Assembly (NCBI RefSeq): GCF_004010195.1
Contig: NC_057759.1
Coordinates: 7,591,910 to 7,655,909, forward strand
Source: Chiloscyllium plagiosum
Lineage: Eukaryota
DNA: 64,000 nt
Direction: 5' to 3'
Numbering within the stretch: the stretch's first letter is position 1; every line of letters begins with the position of its first letter. A model generated the notes under the pieces. The model searched no databases. It saw only the letters and a list, made by a program, of their open reading frames with translations, and was not told the DNA's origin. The position numbers and the translations under genes are program-made. Shown in pieces: positions 13,084-25,724 of this stretch.

Positions 13084-13496
13084 NNNNNNNNNNNNNNNNN
13101 NNNNNNNNNNNNNNNNNNNNNNNNNNNNNNNNNNNNNNNNNNNNNNNNNNNNNNNNNNNNNNNNNNNNNNNNNNNNNNNNNNNNNNNNNNNNNNNNNNNN
13201 NNNNNNNNNNNNNNNNNNNNNNNNNNNNNNNNNNNNNNNNNNNNNNNNNNNNNNNNNNNNNNNNNNNNNNNNNNNNNNNNNNNNNNNNNNNNNNNNNNNN
13301 NNNNNNNNNNNNNNNNNNNNNNNNNNNNNNNNNNNNNNNNNNNNNNNNNNNNNNNNNNNNNNNNNNNNNNNNNNNNNNNNNNNNNNNNNNNNNNNNNNNN
13401 NNNNNNNNNNNNNNNNNNNNNNNNNNNNNNNNNNNNNNNNNNNNNNNNNNNNNNNNNNNNNNNNNNNNNNNNNNNNNNNNNNNNNNNNNNNNNNNN
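13084..13496. other. Assembly gap (413 N)
   Basis: Run of N inside the G-rich 3' region of the Penelope element. Confidence 1.
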
Positions 13497-14756
13497 GGAG
13501 AGGTCGGGAAGAAGATTGCAGGTCAAGAGGGCGGTGCTGTGTCCGAGGGTTGGGACTGAGAAAAGGTGGGGGGAGGGGAAGGAGGAAGGTGGAGAAATCT
13601 GCATTCATCCCTTGTGGTTGGAGGGTTCCTAAGTGGAAGATGAGGCGCTCTTCCTCCAGTCGTCGTGTTGCCATGGTATGGCGATGGAGGAGGCCAAGAA
13701 CCTGCGACTCCTTGGCGGAGTGGGAGGGGGAGTTAAAGTTTTCAGCCACGGGGTGGTTGGGTTGGCTGGTGCGGGTGTCCCAGAGGTGTTCTCTGAAACA
13801 TTTCGCAAGTAGGCAGCCTGTCTCCCCAATGTATAGGAGGCCACATCGGGTGCAGCGGATGCAGTAATTGACGTGTGTGGAGGTGCAGGTGAATTTGTGA
13901 CGAAATGGAAGAATCCCTTGGAGCCTTAGAGGGAAGTGAGGGGGGAGAAGTGGGCGCAAGGTTTGCATTTCTTGCGGTTGCAGGGGAAGGTGCCATGATT
14001 GGAGGTTGGGTTGGTGGGGGGTGTGAACCTGACGAGGGGGTCGCGGAGGGAGTGATCTTTCCGGAACGCTGATAAGGGAGGGGAGGGACATATATCCTTG
14101 GTGGTGGGGTCTGTTTAGAGGTGGTGGAAATGACCAAGGATGATACGATGTATCTGGTAGTTGGTGGAGTGATAGGTGAGGACCAGTGGGGTTCTGTCCT
14201 GGTGGCGATTGGAGGGGCGGGGTTCAAGAGCGGAGGAGCGGGAAGTGGAGGAGATGTGGTGGATAGCATCGTCAACCACGTCTGAGGGGAAATTGCGGTC
14301 TTTGAAGAAGGAGGCCATCTGGATTGTTCGGTATTGTAATTGGTCATCCTGGGAGCAGACACGGCTGAGGCGAAGGAATTGGGAATATGGGATGGCGTTT
14401 TTACAGGGGACAGGGTGGGAGGAGGTGTAATCTCGGTGGCTGTGGGAGTCGGTCGGTTTATATTAAACGTCCGTGTTGAGTCAGTTGTCCGACATAGAAA
14501 TGGAGAGGTCTCGGAAGGGGAAGGAGGAGTCTGAGACGGTACAGGTAAATTTGAGGTCGGGGTGGAAGGTGTTAGTAAAGTGGATGAACTGTTCAATCTC
14601 CTCGTGAGAGCACGAGGTAGCGCCGATACAGTCATCGATGTAGCGGAGGAAAAGGTGGCACCACCCCCCATCCAGGCCTGGAGGAAGACCGCCTCATCTT
14701 CCGCTTAGGAACCTTCCAACCACAAGGGATGAATGCAGATTTCTCCACCTTCCTCA

Positions 14757-15087
14757 TGGGTGATGGGTGTGGACAGGGATCTGCAGGGCATGAGGTGTGG
14801 GCGGTGTTGGATGGTGTTTGGGAAGCAGGCGGGGGGCGGTGTTGGTTGAGATTGAAGGTGGAATAGGGGCATTGTCGGATGCGATTGGGGCCAGTGAGGT
14901 GCAGTGTTGTGAGCGGACGGGGGCTCATGCGCGCTGTGCTGCTGCCTTGTCTCCTGAACGGGCTGCCGACTTAACAGAAAAGTTCCAAACCCCAGAGGAA
15001 AGTTATTGAATGGATTCACTGAATAATCAGTTATCCAAACGAAATAGTGCCCGCCCATCTCTTTCGGATAATCGAGGTTCCACTGTA
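14757..15087. mobile_element. Probable end of a Tigger/pogo-like non-autonomous DNA transposon
   Basis: Ends in TTCGGATAATCGAGGTTCCACTG-TA (reverse: TA-CAGTGGAACCTCGATTATCCGAA), resembling pogo/Tigger TIRs with a TA target; the partner TIR was not found. Confidence 0.5.
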
Positions 15088-15129
15088 TATACTATTATCT
15101 TCTCTAGTTCACCTTCCCGCAATTATCCC

Positions 15130-15840
15130 ATAAACCTGCATGTTATGACGTTTCAAGTGTTCTCGCGAGTTCTTAATGTTTCCTACCTCAACTACCTTAC
15201 CAAGTATTGCACCATACTCTGAATGAAAATGCTTTCCATAAAATTGCCTCCAAAGCTCCTGCCTTTCTCTTTCAAAAAAAAAAGTTCGATCGCTTTTTAC
15301 TGACATTCAACGAAGGGGAATAAATAGTTTCTGTTTTTGCTGGCCATGCTTCTTGCATTATAATTGTGTTATCTCGATCAGCAACACAACTCCCCTCACA
15401 CCAGCTTCTCTGCGCCACCGAAAATAACCAGACCTTATCCAATCTTTCTTCATGCTGAAAGGCTCCAGGTTAGATGGCATCGTTGTGAATTTCCTTTGCT
15501 TCCCTCCAGAATAATCACGTTCTTCAATCTTGTAGTGCACACAGTATTCCAGCTAAAGCATAAATAAAAGTCCTGTACAGCTCCACCATGACTTACCTGT
15601 TCTTATAATCTATGCCTCGACTGATGAAAGCAAACCTGCCATATTGTTTCTTAGGAAACCATTAACTTGCCCTGCACTTTCAGAAATCTCTGGATAATCA
15701 CACAGTCTCCCTATTCCGCTGAACTTCTTAATGTCTTACCGTACTTTGAGTTCTCCCTTGTCATTTCTTTTTTCCAAAATGCAGTATTAGGCCTTTTGTA
15801 AGTATGAATTCCACCTGTCATTATGCTGCCCACGTTCATT
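15130..15840 (-). mobile_element. Old CR1 LINE 3' fragment
   Basis: Minus-strand remnants of the ORF2 C-terminus, similar to 9600-10300. Confidence 0.6.
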
Positions 15841-16799
15841 TTTGATTTTTGTATGGACAACTGCATAGACGATTTCTTTGAAATGAGAGAGTCATCATGG
15901 TTTTGTCTGAAGGCGGATATGTCTACCTAAATCACGCGAATGTTTCAAGAAGGCTACCTTAATTTTGGCCGATCTTTGAGTGATGAGTAATCTTTCTTAT
16001 CATCCAGTCAATTTCTCATCTCCCCTTTTGTGCGCATCAGAAGCAATCAATGGTGTGTGAAATATCGAAGTCATGTCGTGTTTGTGCAAATATCAAGAAT
16101 GTGAATGGCAATATCATAGATACACAGTCGACGAAAATCATTTAAATCGAATTGCCAGTTTCAGATTTTTTACTCTTTGTGTTTCATTTCAACCTTCCCC
16201 CGCCTATCCCCAACAGCATTTACTTATTCCCATATCACCTTTCAATTAATCATTTCCTATCTTGCAGTAAAGGTAGAAATGAAAAGGAGTAAGAATCCTT
16301 GTGTGAACAAGGCTTATTATGTTCTAATTGAGTTGTTTGCAGTCAGAGCAAACATAGCCACATCGTTATATCTGTTCATGAGAAAGTTCTGCGCATTCAC
16401 TGGAATGTGAAACTGTTTTATAATTTATTATATTCCTCTTAATACTAAAATGAAAGGATACATATTGACAGACTTTAGTCTCACTGTTCAGCTGTACGTT
16501 TTGTTGAATAATGTAGTCAATAAATTAAAATCCTAAGCAAGGCCAAACACACTAGAAGCAAAACCCTGGATAAAATTAGATAATCTGCTCAGTTCAAGAA
16601 AAATCTAAGAACGAGAGAATCTAAATAGTTAATTCGATTAATGCACAGCAAAGGTAAGGAGAACTCTCTCCATCTTGTGCCCCCGGATTCCTGTCTATTT
16701 CTATTACCGCTAATATCCACAGCAAAATATGAGCTTTTGTCTCCTCCCTGTGTTTGCAAACTCGTCCACAGCAAGAGGGTGGGGATTACTGGACGTGGA

Positions 16800-17710
16800 T
16801 GGATTCAGAGAGGAGAATGAACATTCTAAGGTTTTGGGAAACTTCCAGAAATAGGAAAAAATCAAATACCTACATTTACAGATGACAAGATCTGGCTAGG
16901 GATATCTGGTATGAAAAGGATATAAGAAGACTGCGAGGTAATGTGAACAGGTTAAGCAAAGCTAAACAATGGCAAAGATCTTTCAAATGGAGAAAAGTGA
17001 AATTATCCATTTGCGAATATACAAAAAAAATCAAAGAAATAAATATCTCATGGGTGACACCTTGGAGGACTCTGAGATGCAGTAAGATCAGAGTCCCTTC
17101 ATTCCCGAATCAAAGAATGTTAATAGGCACATACAGCAAGTAACCGAGAAAGCTGATAGGAAATTGTGATTTAATTTATTGTAAAATAGATGCAAGAGTT
17201 GGGAAGCTGTGCTTTACGTGTAAGTGGTATTGGGAAGAATTAGTGTGTCATGTCCAATACTGGTCACCAAATTTCAGGAAAAGTATCATATCATTCGAAG
17301 TAGTACAGTGAAGGCTTACTAGATTAATGGCTTGAAATAATAACAAATTGCCGTACGAATATATTCTCTGGAGGCGAGACCTGTATGATCTGGAGATTAA
17401 AAGAATCTGAAGTGACATACTGAAACGTGTAAAATCTGAATGGTATTGACCTTCGAATGTGGAAATGATGGATGGTCTTATGGAACACAGTCTTTCTGTC
17501 GCGGTGATTTGTGTTTGGAATTATATTTCTTGAAAGGTAATTGAGCCAGTGCTTTTACTTATTAAGGTAGATGTAGACAGATAATAAGGTTAACGATAGA
17601 ATGAAAAGTTATTGAGGATATTCAGAAATATAAAGTTGACTTGGCAATTATGTCATCTACGATCTTACTGAAATGCAAATCAAAACGTATGAGCCAAGCG
17701 ACCAAGTGCT
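16800..17710 (+). mobile_element. Old CR1 LINE RT/3' fragment
   Basis: Residual F(T)DD, NRLS..KQWQ..F..KVK and C-terminal motifs. Confidence 0.6.
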
Positions 17711-19094
17711 CTTGTTGATACGTTTGTAATCACCATCATTAGTTCTTTTTCATTTTTGATGGAATATAAGAAGACTAATTTGAATAATATATTTAGGTGC
17801 AGACTAAAGGGCCGTTGGGAGGCGATGCAAAATACAAACACTTGAATGGTAGACTTTACAGTCGTGAGATGATTCTTTAGAGTTTCACAGGTGTGAAGCA
17901 TCATGCAAGGATTAGAACATATCGTGCCAAACTACAAAGACTATCAAGGTATAAAATAGGACAGAAGAATTTGTCAATGGGGAAACACTAACATTTCAGG
18001 TGCTAAAGGATGCAACAACGAAAGATAAGAATGAACGGCTATGAGGGACTTGAATTATCGTTTAAGACCTATTTTGGGGCAATGTACAGTTCTCTTTCTT
18101 CAAAGGAGCAAGTAAGCTTTAGTAACACGATTCCGGTCAATAGAGAGACATTTTAGATAATCAGTCAGACGCAAGTATGTGATGGTGTATAAATACATTT
18201 TTCTTCAGAATTGCAAATTTTAGTATGTGATGTACTGTGCTTATTAGAGAACATTCGTCATGGGCATCAGACCGTGAAACATTGCAAGGGTCAATTACAG
18301 GCAGAACATAAATGCATTAATGCGATCTCAGCAGCTGCACAACAAAAAACAAGGACAGAGTCGGGTAATGTTTCGTGTGTGAATAAATGGATTGGGAAGA
18401 GGGTTAATGCATGATCAGGTCAGATCTCTGCGTGAAAATGTAAGGGTGCAAAGCCTTAAACATCAGGCAGAACGCCAAAGCATTCACTGACTTGCAAATT
18501 GAGTTGGCAGGATGATTCTGGTTTTACATTTTAAAATGAAGGGATGTTTCGACAAACACAACTGAAATTTTCAAGCTACAGCAAAATGTGATGATGAAGA
18601 CAGATTAGAAGTGGAGCTGTTCTGTTCGAAATGGGGGTTTTGGAGACCTCTGTATTACACGGAGTACATATGAAAATTAACTCGTATATCTCAAACGATG
18701 ATACTGAGAATAAATAGTTGTCATCCATATCTCAAAGTTATCTAATTCAGGTTAATTCGGAGAAAATGATTTGAGAAGTGCCCTAACATGCTCTCCTACT
18801 CGCAGGTGAGTTTCCATGTCGAAACTCTGCTCATATCATAGCTGCATAGAGGCTAATTAGGCAGACTCCAGCAGATAGTGCAACTCAAACTGCCTGCTAT
18901 TTTTGGTCGAATTAAAATTGACGAAAAGAGGACAAATTTGCAGTTAAATGAATGAGCTTCTAATTGGGAAATACTCCATTTTGGCGTGTCTTCTTTCTTT
19001 CAGGTGAGGAAATCATCCATATATGGCCTGGGCGAATTGTGACTTCAGGTATACAGAAATGTCGTTCACACCTTTCTTGCTGTTGAGATGGCGG

Positions 19095-20591
19095 TGTTAC
19101 GAACTCCATAGAGTTGGACGTTCACTTAAAGGTAATAAATTTTAAAAAGAAACTTCAGGAAATATAAAATGCAGCCTCAGCTGCCAGAACAGAACAGTTA
19201 AGTTACAGGCTGTATAAAAATAAATACACATAACTGTTAACTGGATATCTGAACTTTGGTTGCTGATTGGAGGATAAAACAAATTGAATCAATTAATTGT
19301 AATTATACCCTGGATAATATAACCCAATTGAGTTTGAATTTCTTGTATTGACAACATCAGACCAATAAGAGTGAACGATGTTGCGGGTGTATAAAATGAG
19401 AGCATTTTGAAAATTTGTCAGAACATCTGCCACTGAGCAGCACAGCAACGACCGTCGAGCCAGAGAGCTAACTGCCCATCCAATATGAAAAGCTCTCAAA
19501 GACATCAGAAGGCATTATCTATCAAAAGTTATCTATTCCTATAAAAGGTAATCGAAGAAAAATGAAATAAGATGACTCGAGGAGAAGACAACAGAATCGA
19601 AAGACCAGAAGGAAGGCAGCATTTGAGACTGAGTAGACTTGTGATTAAGTTAATGTACTTTTTAAAAAGTAATTGCGTTATTGGAACAGCATATAGATAG
19701 AATTGTGTTAGTTAAAGGACAATGGTTATTTGGGGAAAGGGTTTTCAGTTTGTTAATACTTTTGTTTACTGTTCACAATTACAGCGAGGAAACTAATTTT
19801 TTATCTTTCTTAAATAGTGGAAATTCGGAGTTTTCTTTGTTATGGTCAAGGCCAGACCACTCAAAATATTCTTAAACAGACAGCCCCCAGAACATAGCTT
19901 TGTAATTTGCTTCAGAAAGTGCACAGTCAAATTTACCCGGAGTAAGATAGTAAGGTTAACGGTTAGACTTTAAAACAGACCCAAAAAAAATCACAAAATT
20001 ACACTATGAAACACAACGAACAGAATAAAAATCCCTGTAGAAGTCAACCTATCCAAGTAGACTTAATTATGTTGTTCAGAAGATACACAACAGTCCCAAT
20101 AAGCAAACTCCCTTTAAAACGAGTATAAACGGAACCCATGTTTGCAGGTTGAAGTTGAAGGGCAGAAAAGAGAGAGAGAGGGTTCCCACACAGCTCCTTG
20201 TTGAACTTCCCACTTCAAGGCTGAACTAAAACTGTTCAGTTCAGTTCAGCTAAAAATCTGACCACACCCCTTTCATTATACAGGTCACTTCTTAAACATG
20301 ACCACTTTGGCCTGAAGTCTCATCTGTTTACATATAAACACAAGGCCTCTCAATTTTTTTTCACCCCAATACCAAACCAGACTGATCGGAGCCCGGCCTG
20401 GGTTATGGCCCCGATGAAAAATAATTAAGTCCAGAGTCTCCTTGAGCCAAGGAAGAGATTTTAGAAAAACCGAAGGAACTAGCTTTGAGACATCTTTCAG
20501 TCACTCGCTCATTTAACAGATTGCGAGACGAGGTGAGCGTGCTGGGTATTTGGTTTTAATGAGCAGAGGAGTTCGATCACCGTCTCATAAC
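19095..20591 (+). mobile_element. Solo LTR (related to 5985-6776), interrupted by a second solo LTR
   Basis: Starts TGTTAC, internal TATAAAA at 19390; the sequence either side of the insert joins into a stretch homologous to the reverse complement of ~6000-6100; ends cataac. Confidence 0.7.
19838..20492 (-). mobile_element. Nested solo LTR related to the LTR at 48162-48803
   Basis: TGTTAT...GAGACA termini; 4-bp TSD TCTT (19834-19837, 20493-20496); visible similarity to 48162-48803 in the same orientation. Confidence 0.8.
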
Positions 20592-20899
20592 CCTGTCAAA
20601 CTGGTCATGTGACTTCGTTTCTTGTAAAGGAACTTATCTGAATGGAGCACCTGGTATAAACCCTGAACAACAAACAACAGAGGTGAACACAAGTTTGTGA
20701 GCATCTCAATGTACCCCCTGAACCTGACATAAATGCACTGAGGCTGTTATCCCGTCACCAATTCATTCTTTATATTCTTATGCACAGTACATTGGTTGTG
20801 GCCAGCTAGATCGAAGTCACAGAGTCATAGAGATGTATTAAGCATAAATATTTCGTTCATTCCGACCAGATATCCGTACCCAATCTTGTCCCGTGAGTG

Positions 20900-23800
20900 T
20901 GTGTTTGCGTTCATTAGTGCAAAATAAAAACAAACAGTTAACATGAACTTAATGCAAGAAACAACCATTATCAGGGGAAAGGGGCACGAAAGCCCAGATC
21001 TCAAATCTCGTTCAACCAGTTTTCTGAGAAATGAAAACTGAACTCAAATCTCACATCTAGTCATCGCAAAATTAACAGTAACAGATACTAACATGACAGT
21101 CCAATACATTGATAAACAGTGCATAGAATACAGACCACTCACACCACACAACGTCCCCCCCCCCCCCCCCCCCCCTCAGCAACCCAGCAAGCCACCAGTC
21201 CCTCCAAGCTTCTGACCACTCTAAGGCAGCCTGCCCCGAAGCCCTTCCAACTCTCGGTCCACCCCATGCCCTCTCTGGCTCTCAGCCTACGCTGGCACAG
21301 CTTCTGGCCACTTCTTATTCAGCTTGGCCTGTTTCCCCAACACACCAGGACGACAGCGGACAGGACAACCTACCCTCTTTCGGCTTCCCTAACTGTCCTT
21401 CCGCACCTTCCAGCCCCGTCTCAAACAACCTGCCTTTGTACCTTCCCGGCCAGACAGCGCTGAGGATGGTCTACTCACCATCTGGTTCTTGTTCTGCCCC
21501 TACATAGAATTTGGTTCTCGCCCACCACGATGCACCAACCAGCCTGGGGACTGGCCTGTCTGACGTCTGGACCACCCTCGAACACCGTCTCCCTTTCCCT
21601 AGAACGATTGTGCACAGGGCAGCCCAGAAACCTTCTGGATCTTTCCACCCCTAAGTGACTTCTGGTTCTCGGCCACTCTGAAACACCTTCCAACCACATT
21701 GACGACAGTCCATCCTGGTAATGCCTTCTCAGGGCGACAGCCTTCAGAACAACCTACCCACTTGCCGACTCTCAGGCCAGCCTACCCACCCTCCAGTTCT
21801 CAGAACGGCCTAAGGAACGCCCGGCTCACGAATGGACAGCTTTTGCGAAGATCTATGTGCCTCCCAACTCAGAATAAGGCATGCCAGAAACGGGAACACA
21901 CAAGACAGTGCAGGTAATAAATCCGAAAAGCAACAAGACAGAGTCAATTGCCAACAACAGAATTCCTTCTGGTACGCAGAGTCTATTACAAAAGCACATA
22001 AATAAGCTGCAGAGCTGTGCTGAGAGGTGGCAAACGTAGTTTAATGCTGAAAAGTGTGAGGTGATTCACTTTGGAAGAGGAGCAGGAATACAGGGTACTG
22101 GGCTAATGGTAATATTCTTGGTAGTGCAGATGAGCAGATTGTGCTGTCCATGTACATAGATGCATGAAAGCTGCCAACCAATTCGATATTTTTGTTATGA
22201 AGGTATACGATATGTTGGCTTTAATTGGTAGAGGGATTGTTTTGGGGAGTCACGTGGTCAAGCTGCAGTTGTACAAACCTCTGCTGCGGACACACTTGAG
22301 TATTGTGTACAGTTCTGTTCACCGCATTCTCGGAAGGATGTGTATATTTTGGAAAATGTGCTGAGGAGATTTACAAGAATATTGCCCGGTACGAAGGGAA
22401 GGTCTTATTAGGAATGGTTGAAGATTCGTGGCTGTTTTCGTTCGAGAGAAGAAGGTTGAAAGGTGACTTAATTGAGACATGTAACATAATCAGAATTAGG
22501 TAGGGTGGACAGTGAGAGTCTTTTTCCTCGGATAGTGAGACACCTTCTGGTGAACTCGAGGACAGCCTGTCCCCTTCACTGGGATGACAGCTTCCAGGGC
22601 TGCCCACAAGCCTTTTGGATCTCAACCTTCCCAGCACACATTCTGGCCCTCGGCCGCTTCAATGCACCTTCCTGCTACCTCTAGGATAGACCATTCTGAT
22701 TGTCCCTTCTCAGGACGACAGTGCTCAGAACGGCCTACCCACCTTCCAGCTCCCGGAGTGGCTGACATTGGGGGGGCCCACATATTTTCCGGCCATCGGC
22801 GTGGCCTACCGACTGTCCAGTTCTCAAGATAACAGCTTTCGGGACGACCTATGAACGCCCTGGCTCACAGTGAGACCTGCCAGACCCAGGGACACACAAC
22901 ACAGTGCAGGTGATAAACCCAACAAGTAACACGACAGAGTCAATTATCGACAAGACAGAGTCGCTTCTGGTACGCAGAATACATTCCCAGGAACAGAGTC
23001 CACCCCAGTATGCAGAATGCATTATCACGGATAGACTCCACAACCACAGGCAGAATCCACTCCGGTATGCGGAGTCTACTCCTGAAGGCAGCAAAAGCAA
23101 ACCCAACAGCACACACACAGATGTTCCATCTCCATAGAGGCCTTATCTATCCACAGAAAACCAGGTGCGCTCACAGGAATACAGTTCATTGTAAAAGGTC
23201 CAGTTAACTTATAGGGGATGGTCACCTGCAACAGGCAGGGTCCGCTCCAGATGCAACAAACACTCAATTCCCATCACACACACATATACCTGTTCAGTTT
23301 TTACAGAGACCTGGCTTACCCACAAAGGGCTAGATCTACCCATAGAGGAACAGTTCAGCTAGAAAGATCCATCGTCTCACGGGGCCTCAGTTCAAGCATC
23401 AGAAAAGTGAAAACACAAGCAAGAAAAAAGCCAAAGTGCAAGGGCTAGGCCCTGGTACAAAATCAGCATCGTCTTTTTCCCAAAATAAGAGAAACGAGTT
23501 ATATACAGGCTGTAACCAGCCAGTGAAAACAAATCAGTTTCCTAATGAGACTGAAATACACCAGCAACACATTGAGTATGTAACTTAGCCAGTTTAGAAA
23601 TCTGTCCGCAATAAAAAAATAGAATACCGATTAACAAACTATTTGTGTCGACCAGCCAGCTCAGGAATCAGGTTTTCACCAAAGAAATCACAGGAAACAA
23701 AAGCAGCAGTACACATTGACTGTGGGCAGTCAGCCCAGAGTAATTTTCCTGAACTGAGGAATTCCCTATACACACACATACTTTATTTAACCAAACAGTA

Positions 23801-25350
23801 CAGTTTACAAACAATTAACATTAACATGTGTATACAGAGAAACAGCAATTGATAAGAGAGATGAACAGCAAAGCCAGGCCTCAAAGCAACCGTTTCAGGG
23901 AAATGAGGACAGGCCTCAAATCACACTTTCAATTATCACAGACGTAGCAGTATCAAATACATACAAGATAGGCCAATTCGATAGGAAACATTGCACAGAA
24001 CACAGAAACAGCCAGCAACCCACCAAGCCACCCTTCCTTCCCAATCTTCTGCCCATTCAAAGGCAATCACCCTACTCCCTTTTTGTGTCTCGGTCTGCTC
24101 AGACATCTTCCTGCCCCTGCCAGGACAACGCGTCCTATTTCCCAAAAACCCCGCCCAGGGCGACAGTGATCATGACTGCTTACCCATCTTCTAGCTTCCC
24201 AAGCTACCCTCTCGCACCTTCCTGCCAAATCTAGGACAGCCCGCCTAGGTACCTACCCGAGGTTACAGCGCTCAGGATAGCCTGCCCGTTTCCACCTCCC
24301 AGACTGCCCTTACATACCGTCTGGCTCTTGCCCACATTGACGCGCCATTCGGTCTGTGGGACTGCCTTGATACACCTTTCAGCCACCTCTAGGAGAGCCC
24401 GTCCCTCTTCCTGGGACGACGGTGCACAGGGCAGCCACCAGCCTGCTGGATCTCAGCCGGCCCCTATGGAAAATCTGCTGCTCGGCCTGTCTGGCACATC
24501 TCTGGTCACTTCTAGGACAACCCGTCCAGATTACCTCTTCTCACAATGACAGCACTCAGCACAGCCTAACCACCTTCTGCAAATCCGGGCGATCGGCATT
24601 GGGGTGGCCTACCAACCTTCTAGCCTTCAGAGAGGGCTATCCAACTTAACGTTTTCAGTGTGGCCTACCACCGTCCGGCTCTTTGGGTGAAACCTTTTGG
24701 GAAGAACTATGAACCTCCCAGCTCACAGTGAGCCTTGCCACACCCAGGGACATATAAGACACTGTAGGTGATAAACCTAACAAGCAATAGGACAGTGTCA
24801 AATAGGAATGAACAGACTTCTTTCAGGTGCACATAATCTATTACAGTAAACAGTCCTCGTAAAAAAGAAGAACCCATTATTAGGAATAGAGTCCACACCA
24901 GTACGCAGAATGGCAGAGTCCACCCCTGAAGGCAGCGAATACACATTCCACAAACACACACCAGTGTTCAGTCTCCATTGAGGCCCGGTTTATCCACAAA
25001 AAACTAGGCCCACTCAAGGAACATAGTACATTGTGAAGGTGGAGTTAACTCATAAGGGTTTGGTCGACGCACAAAGACAGAGTCCACTCCCGAAGGCTGA
25101 GTCCACTCCCGAACTGCAGGACACAGCAAATGCTTACCTCCCCGAACACACGGAGGTGTTCAGTTTTTACGGAGGCTGAGTCCACTGACAAAGTACAAGG
25201 CCTACCTACAGGAACAGCTCATCTGGAAAGGTGCATCTTCTCACAGGGGCAGAGCACAATCAGCAAAACGAAGTGAAAACACGTACAAAAACAGGAAGAA
25301 AAACGGAGTGCAAGGGCTAAGCCCGGTCCCAAAATCAGCACAGCCTTTTC
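20900..25350 (-). repeat. Three diverged head-to-tail copies of an unclassified unit (up to ~1.86 kb) with internal subrepeats
   Basis: Homologous blocks at ~21836, ~22833 and ~24691 (..cacagtgcaggtgataaacc..gagtcaatt); also 23330-23483 vs 25197-25354 and 20935-21140 vs 23817-24015. Minus orientation inferred from TTTATT at ~23782. Confidence 0.7.
22005..22535 (+). mobile_element. CR1 LINE fragment inside the tandem units
   Basis: Colinear with 9590-10110 (WQ..FNAEKCEVIHFG, LQLYK.L.R.HL, FSFERRRLKGDLIE). Confidence 0.85.
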
Positions 25351-25724
25351 TCAATTAGGTTACAGCCCCACCCCCATTCGCCCCCACCCCCACCTCCAAC
25401 AAATAGAAACCAACAGCAGCAGTACACACTCGCTGTGTGGCTAGCCAGCTCGGAGCCAGTCGCCTGCAGTGAGGAGACTGTGACTCCCCTGTTTTTATTT
25501 GTTGTTTTTTCTTTGTACTTTTATTTCTCCTGAACACAGCTCAATATAAAGGGAAAAACAAGGACAAGAAAACAATGAAGAAAATCAAAAGAATAAATAT
25601 CTTCCCCGGAAAAGGGGAAAGAGAAAAAACTCCTGTCCTCAAAACCAACAGAAGAAGGAACACACTGATTGTGGCTCAGCCAGCGCAGAGGCATTACGCT
25701 AAACTGAGGAGACGCTATATCTTC

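Larger units (their letters stand above)
12895..14756 (-). mobile_element. Penelope-like retroelement (RT C-terminus, GIY-YIG endonuclease, 3' pseudo-LTR), 5'-truncated with a short inverted segment
   Basis: RT motif LFLRYIDDCIG at ~14622-14655; GIY-YIG FTCTSTHVNYCIRCTRCGLLYIGETG..FREH; hammerhead motif in the terminal repeat; frameshifted; interrupted by the N gap. Confidence 0.92.

Noticed and set aside
12963..13632. Long ORFs spanning the N run
   Set aside because: Artefacts of the assembly gap.
13742..14671. 309-aa Pro/Ser/Thr-rich ORF resembling a mucin
   Set aside because: Alternative frame of the C-rich Penelope coding strand.
19004..19048. 45-nt candidate exon with a good acceptor
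   Set aside because: Weak donor (GTATAC), no partner exons and no recognisable peptide.
23490..23770. CRISPR-like repeat-spacer pattern
   Set aside because: Repeats are too degenerate, the context is vertebrate, and there are no cas genes.
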